Assembly (NCBI GenBank): GCA_026023565.1
Contig: JAPETS010000008.1
Coordinates: forward strand, 62,001 to 126,000
Source of the DNA: Cirrosporium novae-zelandiae
Lineage: Eukaryota
Length of the DNA: 64,000 nt
Direction: 5' to 3'
Shown: positions 49,199 through 62,323 of the stretch, in pieces
Layout: each line of letters begins with the position of its first letter
Position numbering within the stretch: the stretch's first letter is position 1
Translations under genes and position numbers: made by a program
Notes under the pieces: generated by a model
What the model was told of the DNA's origin: nothing
Seen by the model: the letters and a program-made list of their open reading frames with translations, nothing else
Database searches by the model: none

Positions 49199-50165
49199 GT
49201 GTCTTTTCTGTGCTTACACACAGTAGGAGAGCGAAATTTTCGGGTTGGTGAGGGGCGGGGGTGGGGATATAGCATCACGCGTGTGTACAGTAGTAGATCG
49301 GTTCGGTTCGGGGAGAGGTTTTTTTATGTATTGGACCCAATTTTGACATTCACTTGATTGACTAATTAATCTTATTCTCACCCCAAAGTCTGCCTCCCTT
49401 TTTTTTCTCGTGCTTGCAGATATAGACCTCAGGTTAGTTATATTGTAGAGAGGGAAGGGCGAATAAGAACAAAGCTTTGGTTATTATCGATTACTTTTGT
49501 GGTTCTTTTTTTTTTGGTAATAGAAAGAAACAACTGAGGGTTTTCTATAGAGGAAGGGAGATAGTAATTGATTGATTGATTGATTAATACCAATGAATAA
49601 TTATCTATCCATATTCAGAATTTCTTATTTTTTGGTATTTTTGTGTATAATTGGGGGAACCTCCAATCTATTAACAATAGTATTATCGTATTGAACTAGT
49701 AGTAGTAACAATTCCTAGCACTACTCTATGCATCACACTACCCTCTAAGATAGCAGGACAACTTTTCAAAATTTCTAGAACTATTCGGGATGCCTATTGG
49801 ATCTTATTTGTGTTGACGGCATATCTATTCTAATGATCATGAGCTGCACGTAGAACTGTAACTAAGAACTACTTTAAGCTATGCGCACTGGATGAAGAAT
49901 GACTAAACAGACGCATAGAGACTCGCAACAAAATAGGGCACAGAGGTAGGGGAAAGCAGATAAAGGCCACCTATGGGATTTCGCTTTCCACGATTCGCTA
50001 GGGAGATTCCATATCACTCTTGAAAGCGCTCTGTCCGCCACTTCTGCAAAGAGCTAAAAGGGAGAACAAAAGCAAGAAAAGAATTCAAAAAGGAAATAAG
50101 AAGGAAGAAAGAAAGAAGAAGAAGAGATTCTTGCAAGTCCGTACGAATCTCACTGCCTCTTTGCC

Positions 50166-53100
50166 TTAGTCTAGCAAGCTCGACGGCTGTATTTCAGACC
50201 CGGAATTCGAAGCCCAGCCAATAAATGTCTCTTTCCACTTTCCACGTCGCCCTCCATTACCATCGGAATAATATCCCATGAATGTGGATTTCTCGCGATG
50301 TTCCTGGCTATCAGCAGAAGATTCATTTCCATCAGCACCACTATCAAAAAGGTTTTTTGCTGTCTCATTGTCTTGTCTTTGGAGGAGGATTTGGCTTGCT
50401 AGAGCTTCCTGCTTCTGGTGCATTTCGACGTCTTGCTTTGCCGCTCCGCCTTTGATATATTGTTCATAGGCAGGATGAAGATTTATGGGCGATTCATATA
50501 GCTCTGATACTCTGGAGCCCTGTGGGTGTGAAGAAACTTTGGATGTCACGGTAGTCTCTCTATCTATATCATGTTCATCGACGCAATTGCATCGGCAAGG
50601 CGTGGTAGAACATGGTTGTGTACATTTATGGCCACAAGGTAATTCCTTTTTGCACCTCTCGTAGCACATCACGATATCGTGCGGGATAGATCTGGATTAC
50701 GGTTAGACTGATCTTAAAAATGACCAAGGGATGAACTCACGGATGACAATTCAAGGCGCACTCATGTCCACACTGGAGTCTCTCGTCACATTTTAGGTCG
50801 CACCCTCCATTATATAAATCCCACTGGTGTGGCTCTGTATTATTTTTAGTTCATTATTATCTAAAATTCATATGTAGTAAGACCTACCTCTTACAAGGCT
50901 TTCACGGTGGTGCTTATCACATTTGATGGGGAACGAGGTGCCGATGCGATGTGGATTGCTTGCCATCACCTGAGTAACCTTGTTCCAAAGTTCGCTACGA
51001 CGGACAAGCTTGCTCCCATTTCCGAATATAAAGAATCCTCGCTGAGCTCGGGATAGAGCTACACAGACTCGGTTCACGACTCCACAAAAGCCTATATTTC
51101 CATAGTTATTGCTTCGAACGAGAGAAAGAAGGACAATGTCATTCTCTTCTCCCTGGTAAGAGTCCACTGTCACAACTTTGAAGAAGCAATCTTGAAGGTT
51201 AGGATTGTCACGAAGGCGCCTAAGAATCAGCTTCCTCTGGCCGTTATAGAAAGTCAAGACCGTGATTCTCTCGGACTGAATTCCGTTGTAAACAAGGTAT
51301 TGAAAGAAGCCAATCAGCATGTCCGCCTCTTGCTCATTGCACTTCGACATATAATCATCATTGTCCTCAGGCCATTGATGATAGAAAAAAAATGAGCTGA
51401 TACCACCCAGTCCCGGAAGAGGGTCACGTTTGAGTACGTCTGGATGGTCTTCTATATGTGAGTAGATAGGGCCTAGTAATCTCCGAATTTCAGGATGCAT
51501 TCTTCGCTGTCTCACGAGAGTAGTATATTCGAGACCGTTGTTCACAAGGCGTTCGAACATTGAAATGTCAAGGAGATAATCTGTTGCCAGCACATCATCG
51601 GTAACAGAAGCACGCAACTGTTGGTGGTCTCCGACTAGGATCAAATGCTCCAAGGACTCCATGCAAGCGGCAGTAACAAGGGCTTCGAGAGTCTCAGCAG
51701 CTTCTTCGATCAAGACTATTTTCGGCCTCAAGCTTGCTATTAAGGGACGATATTTGCTCAACCCAGTTGTTGTCAATCCGATGATTTTTGTCCTCTCAAG
51801 AATGAAAGCATCGACTTCCCATTTCCCAATTTTCAGGTTTTGGCAAGTTCTATAATATGCTTGAGCCTCATTTTTGAAGCTTGCCAGGAATTTTTCCATC
51901 GCTCTATGTTGGAATATGCGATATACAGCACCTCGACAGGTTTCTGGAATTTTCCACAAGTTGCTTGTCGTCAAAGATTGTTCGACGAACTCAGCAGGTA
52001 TACCCTGGGGCTTTGGTCGACCAGTCAAAAGCATAGTGAACCCAATATATTCTCCTTTTAGAGTCTCAAAGTCCTCTTCCTCGATTACTGCCTTTTCCAT
52101 TTCAAGTTCCTTTAGTTGTTCGTATTCCATATCTTCTTCCTCGATTTCGAGACCAGCTGCTTGAGGGGTATAGGTATGTTTGATGCGGGTCAGTTGATCT
52201 CCAAGCCAAGCAGCCATTGGTTCCTGAGATTCTTGCTCATTATCACCAAGATGTACCCATTCTGACCCACCCTTTTCGAGGGACTTGAATTGGGCCTCGG
52301 AAATGATATCAAGCCCTCTTAGGACTGAAGCGGAGAGAGGTTGATCGCTGTGTGTAAAAGGCCGAAGAATGACTTTGAGTTTATCAGCAAGCTTCTTGGA
52401 TTCCCGAATGGAAGGAATCTTCAAGGATCCAGGGATTGTGGGAATTGAAATGGACCTGCGCATCTCGAAAAGCGTTCGCTTCTTGATCTTGTCTTGATCT
52501 TGTGTTCGTCCACCCAAGCGAATGAAGTGTGGCTCAAATCCAGCAATATGACGCAACATTTGATCCAAGGCATGATTTGTTTGAGCGGTAAGTATGATGG
52601 GTGGATCATCTTCCGTCATGTTCTGGAGCATGGTCTTAAGGGCAATCACAGACACATGGGTCTTGCCGGTACCAGGTGGACCTTGAACAATAGCAAGTCT
52701 TTTTGACAGCATACGATTAAGCGCATTCATTTGGGATTCATCTAGGCTTGTTTTGACATTTTCAGGCCATTGTTTGAGAATGTCCACATTTTCGACCCCA
52801 TTACTGTCAGCATAAGGGAAAGTGGAGGTTAGATCTAGCTGTGGGTGGTTGGCGATGTATTCCGGAGCATCTACATTAGTCTTAACATCCACTAGATGAT
52901 CTAAGAGTGGTGTCCTATTGTTTAGTTAGCAAATTGTGCTGTTCATTGCCAGTTGGGTTGTTACTTTTCATGTATCTGCTTCTGAAGAGCAGCCAAAGTA
53001 TGCCTATAGGCCTCAAAATAGCCACTCCTAGCTTCCACCATAACCCAGTCCTTTTGGGGATCCATTTCTATCTCTTCTGGACCGGAGAAGAATATATCAA

Positions 53101-54013
53101 CTTCGGGAGGATTTTGTTGAAGACCTTGTAGAGGTCTAGCAGCAACAGTAACAACTCGGCATGTCTTTTGGAACATGTCATCTGTAGGAGTCATTGCTAG
53201 TATTGTGCCAGTCTTAAGACGTTTTGATTGCTCCCATATGATTCTTTTCCCAGCCCTGGCACATGAGAAGCGGACACGAATAGCAATACCTTGATGAGCA
53301 AAGGTAAGACCGATGATATGGACCTTCCCATGTTAGATCAAATAAAATCTAGGAAGAGGCTAGACTTACATCTTGATAAATGCACACGAGTTCGCTGTCA
53401 TTCATCTGAGGCTTCTCTCTCACTTGGTCCACAGCGGTACGTAAAGATGCTATGGCATCCTCACGTAATAGTTCGTAGTGGGCTTCTAGATATGCTTCCT
53501 TAGACTCCCAAGCACCTTTCACTTTATTCTCAGGAATCACAATCTCCTCCTCTGGGTTATTAATTTCTTGTGCAGTAGGAATCTCTCGTTGGAATAGCCA
53601 AGAACTATCAGCAGATTTTGCATTATTTCTCTGCCCCCAAACATAATCACGAATGGCCGTATTTAACTGAGGCCGTTCCGGGATTTGTTGAAACGATTCA
53701 GCTTGTTTGACTGAAGAACGAGAAAACTTCTCTGGGAGTCCGGGATTGAGTTCTAGAGTTAACCAACTAGTAAGCATAAAATTCAGCTGAAGTGAGCTAA
53801 ATGAAAAGGAAACATGACAATAGTAAGGATCGTGATAATATCCTTATCTAGGACAAAAGAAGTACTCTTACACCTATACTAACCATCATCCTCGGAACTT
53901 CCAGCCGACTCATGGGGATGGAGAGCTTGGAATCTATTTCCAACCTTCTCTATCGCTTTCATTCTTGTAACTTTTTGCTGTGCCTTGACATGGAACCGGT
54001 TAGATTTTGCCAT
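50166..54013 (-). CDS. hrr1: Upf1-like SF1 helicase with NFX1-type zinc fingers, Hrr1/SAD-3 (ZNFX1-related) RNAi helicase; 6 exons
   Basis: EIPTAQEI, YLEAHYELLREDAIASLR, IIWEQSKRLKTG, LDESQ, IVQGPPGTGKT, QTNHALDQ, IEEAAE, LVGDHQQLR, SMFERL, QRRMHPEI, VDSYQGEENDIVLLSLVRSN, NRVCVALSRA; C-terminal LQCGHECALNCH / LPCGHKC fingers. Confidence 0.85.
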
Positions 54014-56067
54014 TTTGATGGATAAGGGCGTTTTATATTGATTGTTGCCACTCACGTTGAAGTAGAGATCAGTTTGATGTTGGTATTTGAAGAAATAGAG
54101 AGGAATACCTTTTAAATGTGCACAAGAGACAGTGAAGTAACGTCCCAACTAGTGCCTTTGGGTTGTCAGGACGATTCACTCACTAATGGTCAGGAATGCG
54201 TATATAGGAAACGAGCGTCCGGAGCTGGATTTACTCACATTCACTCCTCGTTATGATAGGATTGTTCAAAACGAGAGACACAATCTCCGGCGAAGGAAAG
54301 GATACAGTAACCATTCAATATGCATCACGCCTTCTAACTCTTTAGTATCCCCTTCACCGCTTGGTTGAATTCTTGAAAATTGTGAATGCCATGGGGCGTT
54401 GGGGAATATTCTTGTTATGCCTTGTAAAGGGGCGCTGTTACTGGTATGCCCTTTAACGTTTCAGCCTTGGGTCATGAATGGAAACTGCGGCTGGTGACAG
54501 ATTAGTCCTTGGAGCATCTTCAAGTACGAACGGGGTTGCGATGATAGCGACAAGAAAGTTTCATTATCTCTGGCAGGAACTTATCGATGGAAAGGCATAG
54601 GCTTTATACTAAAAAGAGGGTAAAGTTGACTAAATCATCTTCTTCATTAAGCATGGTGCTGACCAGTTTCAATATAAGAATCCATACTTATCGGTATATC
54701 TTCGAGTTCACAGTCTGTTATTCCCAGAAACTCTGCCAAGTTCTTAAAGGACTGGATGTTTATGGTTTCAAAGTCTCTAGATTCTTCTTTCGATGGAATT
54801 GGTCTCTGTTGTCGGGTTAGGCTGATTTATAGCAATGATTCCACTATTCAGAAGAAATAAAAAGCATTGGGGGGGATTACATTAGTTCCGATTACTTTCA
54901 AAGTATCAAGACTAAGAGATGATGAAGATGTGGGCCTTACTCAAAACATAAAGGAAGTGGTTTTCTACATGGCCATGCAGGTATCCCGACATAAAAAACA
55001 CAAGCTCCCTTCCCGTACTAGGCTAGCCCATAGCAAATGAAGTTGTTCGTGGACATTGTGTATGCTTCAAATATTTAAACATCCTTAAGATATTCCTACT
55101 GGCAAAGACCTATAGCAACACCTTACAAAGAAATGGCTGGTGCCAAGTTGCAAATTCATATCGAATGACATCTGCTAGCGTAATAGGTCCATGGTTTGTT
55201 GCAGTATTGATTTGACCAGTTTGCCATTCAAGCTACCATGGATAATTGATTGTATGTCCTAAATTTTGCAGCCCTCGCAATGATGTTTGCCATCTGCACG
55301 TCTGATCCAATGAAGCTTCAGGACTAGGGAAAAGCCCATTACACCTGGAGAAGACTAGCAGAGATACGGAGAACGAAAGTTAAGGGGAAAGTCACTGAAA
55401 AAAAGCCACCAAAATCCGAGAAGGATTCAACCCTTCACCTTTCAAAGCCTTTTGAAACGATCATTATGTCAAGTTAAGGGAGGTCATCGCACCTATATAT
55501 CCAACTACGGTAGCCATAAAAGCACCCTATGCATTATATATAAGCTCTACTATGAGGAGAATTATAAAGACCATGCTAGGAGGCAATGCTTTTCAATTTT
55601 TATTTTATTCCTCTATAGAAGATCAACCGCTCATCTACCACCACTGGTAGCAATATATTTAAGAATAATGGACTTCTCTACCTCATTAGACAGTTTCCAT
55701 CTGCGATTTACTACGTCATTCCATTACTACTAATAATGCATAAATATATACTAGTTAAGTGGAAAGGAGAATGGTTCAGTCGGCTTTTTGGCCAATAATT
55801 ATCTAGTCTACCTAGGTCATTACTTGAACTTGCGAACGGGCTCAAGGCACTTTCTGCAAGTACGTGGTATACACAGTATTCACTTCTCAAGGCTCTACAC
55901 TTTACTGTGTAAAAGCTCGGCCTAGGTTCCGGCCAGACCAGCAGTCCTTGCGCACGTACCTGGTCCATCGAACTTAGAAAATCCAGCGACCTGCTAATTA
56001 TTACAATCGATGATTTTCCAAATGCAATGCCGAGCATATTGTGGAATATTACTATAATTATGATATC

Positions 56068-58151
56068 ATGCCGTCCTTTGCTTTAGAGGAAGAAGATCGG
56101 GATGCTGCAGGTGTGACTATTGATTCTCACAATTACGAAACGCTAATTTTGATGTAGCATCCGCCGATGGTAGTTCTGAGAATGAAGGCGATGAAATGAT
56201 GAAGGATGCCGATGATGTGGATGCAGATGGCGATGAGGATAATCAGTCGGTGTCCAGCTCAGGATCCCAGGATGCCGATGGGCCGTCAAGGCCACATCCC
56301 TCAACACAGAATCCTGCAGTTCTGTTAACATCACCTTCCCCTCGCCATTCAAATTCACCAGCAAGCTCTGGATTGCCAAATCGTCCCACGGTTTGCCCAG
56401 AGGCTCTCAATGCCGTAACCTACGATATAGTCCCTACGATCGCTGCCCCTCAGAGTACATCGATCAATGCCGTCGTCGCTACTCCTGACATGCGATGGGT
56501 TTTTAGTGGTGGTTCGGATGGATATATTAGAAAATTCAACTGGGTTGAAACCGTTAATGGGAAGCTGATGCTGACTGTGGCCCAGCGCCATCCTTTCGTG
56601 GATAGCGTGACAAAGGCTGGTGTATTATTGAGCTACTGGGAGAACGAGGAACCTTCATGTATGAGAAAGCGCAGTGAACTAGTCTTGGAGATTTATAGCT
56701 GACTTTAGCTTAGCAGGACGGGGTTCAACGTTCCAGAATGGTGATGATGGATCATACCTGTCACCAGTCTACTCTTTAGCTGTCCAATCCCAAGGTTTGT
56801 GGATTCTTTCCGGTCTTGAATCCGGTGGTATCAGCCTTCAATCTGTGAGACACGAGGAGGGAAAGCGTATCGCTTGTTTAAGGAAGCATACTTCTGCTGT
56901 CTCTGCGCTCAACTTAGCACAAGATGAAAAGTCCATCTTATCAGGTAGCTGGGACAAGAACATTCATGACTGGGATTTAAACACGGGGCAAGTCAAGAGG
57001 AGTTTTCAAGCAAGTTCGGGTCAGATATCTGCCATTGAAACCAGGCCCATATCTAGTCTACCGGTTCCAGAGGATAATATCGATAGCTTCTTGCCTAATG
57101 GTACTTTTTCTACCAACACCAGTTTTCAAGCCAATCCTAGATTGTCGAACACTACAAATGGCGGAGAAGCAGGACTTACGAATCAAGACGGCATCGCCAC
57201 CGGAGGTTCACCTGCCAATTCTTTATTCGGGGGGAGTGATGCAGATGGTGACTCTCTTTTCGGAGACCACGAAGAAGCTCCTGGGTCGGGTCCAAATGGC
57301 GACAGTTTTGCAGATGATGATTTGGACAATGCATTCTCACAAGCTATTGCCAACGAATTGAAGCAGCAAGATGAGGACGCAAAGGCGGAAAATACATTCG
57401 CAAATACGGATCAGCTATCTGGACCTGTTCAGCTGCCTGTTTCCACCACCACTAATGGGATCGGAGAAGATTCTTCATTGCATCTAACTAACGGTTTACA
57501 CGGTGGGTTGTCTAATGGACTCTCACATGCCGATGAAATTCCGTCTCTTTCTCAGCATGGACCAATGTCACCCGAATCCCTTCCATCGTCTGACACCACG
57601 TTCCTCGCCGCATCAATCGATGGTACAATACGTATATGGGACCGAAGGCAACGAGATCCAGTCGTGCGCATACTTTCGAAAAATGCTCCACCATGGTGTA
57701 TGAACGCTTGCTGGTCTCCTAACGGCAATTACATATATGCAGGTCGACGTAATGGTACTGTTGAAGAGTACAGTCTTCATAAAGGTTTACGTGAGCCCGA
57801 GAGGACTTTCAAGTTTCCTCAGGGTAGTGGTCCAGTCAGTTCTGTAAAGGCAATGCCAAACGGCAAACATCTTATTTGGTATGAGTTTCATATTTCACTA
57901 GTAATGAGAGCTAACCATTTAAATATAGCGCGTCCTTCGATATTTTGAGACTTTATGACCTTAGAGAACAGCAGTCGAAGCACTCTACAGTTCCATTCTT
58001 GATTGTACCGGGTCACCGTACAGGTGTTGTATCGCAGTTATATATGGATCCTACTTGCAAATTTTTGATATCAGCTGGTGGTAATAGAGGGTGGGAGGGT
58101 GCTTCAACGGAAGTAATGCTTGGTTATGAAATCGGAGTCCTTGATTCTTGA
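56068..58151 (+). CDS. SPT8: SAGA complex WD40 subunit Spt8; 4 exons
   Basis: Acidic N-terminus; YDIVPTIAAPQSTSINA, GGSDGYIRKF, LTVAQRHPFVDSVTKAGVLLSYWEN, WILSGLESGGI, PPWCMNACWS, YAGRRNGTVEE, PFLIVPGH, GNRGWEG. Confidence 0.95.
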
Positions 58152-58934
58152 TAGGTTTTTATGGCGTTTAGAGGATCAAGTCATTATCAGTGTTTGAATG
58201 GACGGATGGATAACATGGTTGGTATACCCATTTGTTTTATATCGATTGCATGACTAGCTATCAATCAAACGCATACGTTGTTTTACCGCATAGCGGATGG
58301 TTTCTATGATTAGGAACGGGAACAATAGGAAATAACATTCAAGAATAATCTAACCGCTGCCATTCGGTGACTTATTTTGCAGGTGCAAATGTCAAGTCTT
58401 ATCAGCGGTATTACATCTTATTCGCCCCGGAAGTATATCTCAAAAGTACACCTAATTACTTGCAAAATCTAGCCAAAACTACGCCTTTCGACAAGTCACA
58501 CTATATCATTCCGCTGATTTGTGTTGGGATACTCCACCTATTACCGATTCACCATCTCAGCACAACACTCTTTCCCACTATCATATTGCATCGATATGTT
58601 CTTCTAGGTCAACACCAGATTAGTCAACAAAGGCCTTAATAACCTGAATATTTTTCTGGTCTTATTCGATTTTGTTACAATCCTCACATCCCTCGCTGTT
58701 TCTTTTTACTACCGCATCTCTTTCGCCATCAACTATTCACTCCACGTCGATAAGTACAACGACCTAGAGAAACCCTCAAGTACGTTAGAGATTATTAGCT
58801 GACGTTAAATCCTATTGATTATCTACAGTACTACGACTTTTAAGGTTGGCAACTGGGCCACAATACTTACGATATCAATTTTCAATTCCAATCTCTTCTC
58901 TCTTAGAACCTGTTTAATAGCCAGCAATCTAATC

Positions 58935-61345
58935 ATGCCGGAATTCCGTGGTATCGAAGTTCATGTTACGAACCATCAAGGAGTGAACCTTCAAGAATGG
59001 GGAACACACACATTCCGAAAACACAAAAGGATATCAACTTATATTGAGTCAGTATCGGACATGAGGTTCATGGTCAATATCAAGCCAAGAATACCATACA
59101 TTGATGAAAACTCAACTCAACCTCATGATTTTGAAATACGCTCACCAGATAGACTCCCCCCAGGCTCCTTGGACAAGAAAAATGAATGGACCAATGAGGA
59201 AGATTTAAAAGGCCAAAAGATCTATCAAAGGAACGGCTGGAAAATTAGACAGGACGAAACCTCTAACAATAGCAGTGGATTACTAGACATTAAACTTCAT
59301 ACCACCCATCATAATTCAGCAACAGGCCGCTCCAAGGCTGTGAAGGAAGTAAGATCCCCTTAGTGAATTCTACACAAGCATTCCAATGGACTTTGTTGTA
59401 TAGACCTAACATTGTGAAACCTTGAATGGATGTCTGTCGCTAATGAACTCGATCGGTTAGGAACTTCCATCAACCCCAAACCCCAAATATGAATCAGTCC
59501 ATCATAAATCCCACCAACAAAGAATGGCTTTCTCTTCTCCAACTCAACAACAGAATCTAGTCCATCGCCCGTGTTTTCCTTTCCACTTCCTCGCGATGAT
59601 CTATCTAGATGGAAGGTCTATTCCTGAACGGAGATATGTAATCTACCTTGATCCCGAGGACGAAGACTTTCGACTTCAAACCACGTTAAGAGGACGATTG
59701 ACATGCAATCCTGATGGCAAGATCGTGGAATACAGTTGGCACTTCCAGGATGTAGGAGTAGAAACTGTCTTTGACAAACTCATTATTTCCGGAGAACCTA
59801 AATCTTCGAACTTCATCATCCAGGAAGAAGAGAAACTACTTTCAGCAATGAAAAAAGTTGTAATGGGTGCTACTAACCCTCACGCCGAGGAAGGTAACCC
59901 GCAGCCCGGACAAATTGTCATTAAGCTAAGGCGAGTGATATTGGGAGAAAAAGGGGCCGATCCCGATTTCAAGGGAGCACATGAAATGGGGAAGAACGAA
60001 GATGTCAACATGAAAAATGCTGGAGACAACGTTTCACATACTACAGGGTGAGCAATCTTGAAATAGGTGTTTGCAATAGGACATATGAACCCAACGTCAT
60101 ATCGACCTTAAGGCAAATCCTCCCCAGTACCATTTTTGATTCCAGAATTTATTTAACGACTCTAAAATTTAGCATAGCTTGGCTTGCTAAAAGCAGATTT
60201 AAATATTCAGAAATAGTTACTAACAAGTCTTAGATTCAAAGAGAATGGTGCCGTATACAGGAACCACAATATTCGCACAGTAAAACATTATCCATTTGAT
60301 CCTAATGAAGAGTTCTATGCGATCTTCCAGTTTTTCTACAGAAGCAAAGGTAAATCGCCTTCTCCAGCTCATTAGCTTCTATACAATTCACGATATCTAA
60401 TACTCAATAGAAGTACTTCGAAAATTCGACTTCCCAGGCTTCTCACCGGCCAAAAGCTCGGGACATAATCGTGCGTACCATAACCTTAACGACATTGTTG
60501 CCAGGACCACATCTCTGAGCGTCAATCATTCACTTCTGCTTCAGAAAAATGCCTCCAAGGCATCAGAAACCAAAGGGACTAAAACCATTTCATTTGAAGA
60601 CAAACTCAGAAACGGCAAGACAACTCTTGATGAGCATTATCGATATAACTTGCGGGGGGGATCCCGAGGAAGCATGGACGGGCCAGAAAACTCGCCTTCA
60701 AGCTCCGCATCTCCCACAAAAAAATCAGGTTCCAGGTTTTCTAAGGTTAGACACAGCATCACGCGCAGTATTAGCAGCGAAACAGCCTTTGCCGACGTCA
60801 GTAGCAGCTCGGCAGAGCCATCAAGGAACCAGTCGACAACAGATATTCAAGGAATAGTACGACATGGTGCGGATGTCCCACTGTCGAAAATGAAAAACGA
60901 ACTAACCTTTAACAAATCAAATATAGAAGCAACCCTAGAGAAAAATCAGAAGAAACGCGGTGGAGATATAGAAGAACTTTTGAAAGATCTCAAGAATCGT
61001 GACCTGCGTCAATTTTCAAGTAATGATGCAGATGACGAGGAAGACTCGGACAATCATAACATACCCACAAGCAATAGCGATGTTGGTACAGATATGCAAG
61101 GCCAGGACGGGGGGTTGGCTGGAAATGCAGATGATTACGGGCTTCACAATGCGTTGGAGAAAGTAACAATTGGAAAGAAGCACGGAAGAGATGCTGTTCA
61201 ATCGCACAAAAGGGACCCAACTACAACGGATCCCGAATCAACTGGTAATAAAGAGGATAATTCCAAGACGGGCGGGTATGAGAATGACAGAATGACACGA
61301 CAGAAAAAGCGTCGTTGCGATGTGGCTGGGGGTAGTAGATTTTGA
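58935..61345 (+). CDS. DUF7918-like hypothetical protein; introns 59349-59460, 60048-60233, 60350-60410
   Basis: MPEFRGIEVHV..LQEWG..STYIESVSDMRFMVNIKP; AMIYLDG; WHFQDVGVE; GQIVIKLRRV; FYAIFQFFYRSKEVLRKF. All three splices keep the frame. Confidence 0.72.
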
Positions 61346-62010
61346 AGGGTTAAACTCTATCTCCCTTGAGCTACTACAACGACGCCTTTTGTCCTTTTGA
61401 GGTGTGGGCAGATGTCGTGGAATAGGGCTATGTCTTTATGCCATGATCCTAAATGGGAGGAAAAGAAGATGACTGAAGCAGTGTTCACATAGCATGGGTG
61501 TCATGCCGATCGGTTTAGCGTGGCTATGGGTGCAATTGGAGTTGAAAAACCAAGGGCTGTGAGGACTGCATGGGAACTCGAGGGGACATTAGGTCTACCA
61601 GAGTCAGTTACACCATGTGTCAACTTTCAATTGATTCGTTGTGGAAATATTCTTTTGGTGTAGAAAGAATGAAACCAAGCTTCTTGTCATAATTCCGTGG
61701 TGAGTCCACTGGACATAGAATGGAAGGACAAATGATGAAAATTTGAATTGTCAAAAGGTACATGAACAAGTAAGAATTAGGTTCTATCACATGTAAAGCC
61801 CAAGGAACAAGGAGGAGGAGACCGCCGCCGGATAGTGGAAGATGGTAAGCAAACATTGGTCGATGGATACTGGATAAGAAGTTGGGATATGATGGAATTC
61901 GGATCAGCAGGGGGATAATACGAAATACATGATAGCTGGATGGAATGGACCAATATTTACGTTCTGTAATGAAAAAGTTGTAGTTGATATTGGTCGGCCA
62001 GTGGTCGCTA

Positions 62011-62020
62011 AACATACGAT
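62011..62020 (-). promoter_or_regulatory. Candidate sterol regulatory element upstream of ERG1
   Basis: AACATACGAT (reverse complement ATCGTATGTT), one mismatch from the SrbA-type ATCATACGAT site, ~300 bp upstream of the ERG1 ATG. Confidence 0.3.
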
Positions 62021-62323
62021 GGCAGGTGGCCCCATTTCCAATGTGTCGGCACTGAATTGACCGCCTTCATACCCCTGTGCCCTGTGCCCTTGTACCTTGT
62101 CTGCCTTGTTGATAATTAGATAATTATCCGAGTGCCTCAAAAAACTCTCAAAGAAATTATAATATCAAGAACCCAACTTCCTTCTACTCTACTACTCTCC
62201 TCTCCTCTTCTTCCAATCCATTGATCCTGTTAAATAAATAACAATCCTCCATTCTCTTCCGTCTTACCAATATCTCTACTCTATCTGACTAGGTTTTCTC
62301 TCTGGTTCCCACAATCCCTCGTC

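Noticed and set aside
54500..56040. Short ORFs and coding-like patches between the helicase and SPT8
   Set aside because: No consistent frame or family motif; cannot be distinguished from intergenic DNA.
59349..59366. CCT-TAG stop in the DUF7918-like gene as an A-to-I editing/readthrough site
   Set aside because: It lies inside a canonical intron (59349-59460) whose removal restores the frame.
61620..62140. 131-aa and 78-aa minus-strand ORFs upstream of ERG1
   Set aside because: No motif, atypical composition, and overlap with the expected ERG1 promoter.
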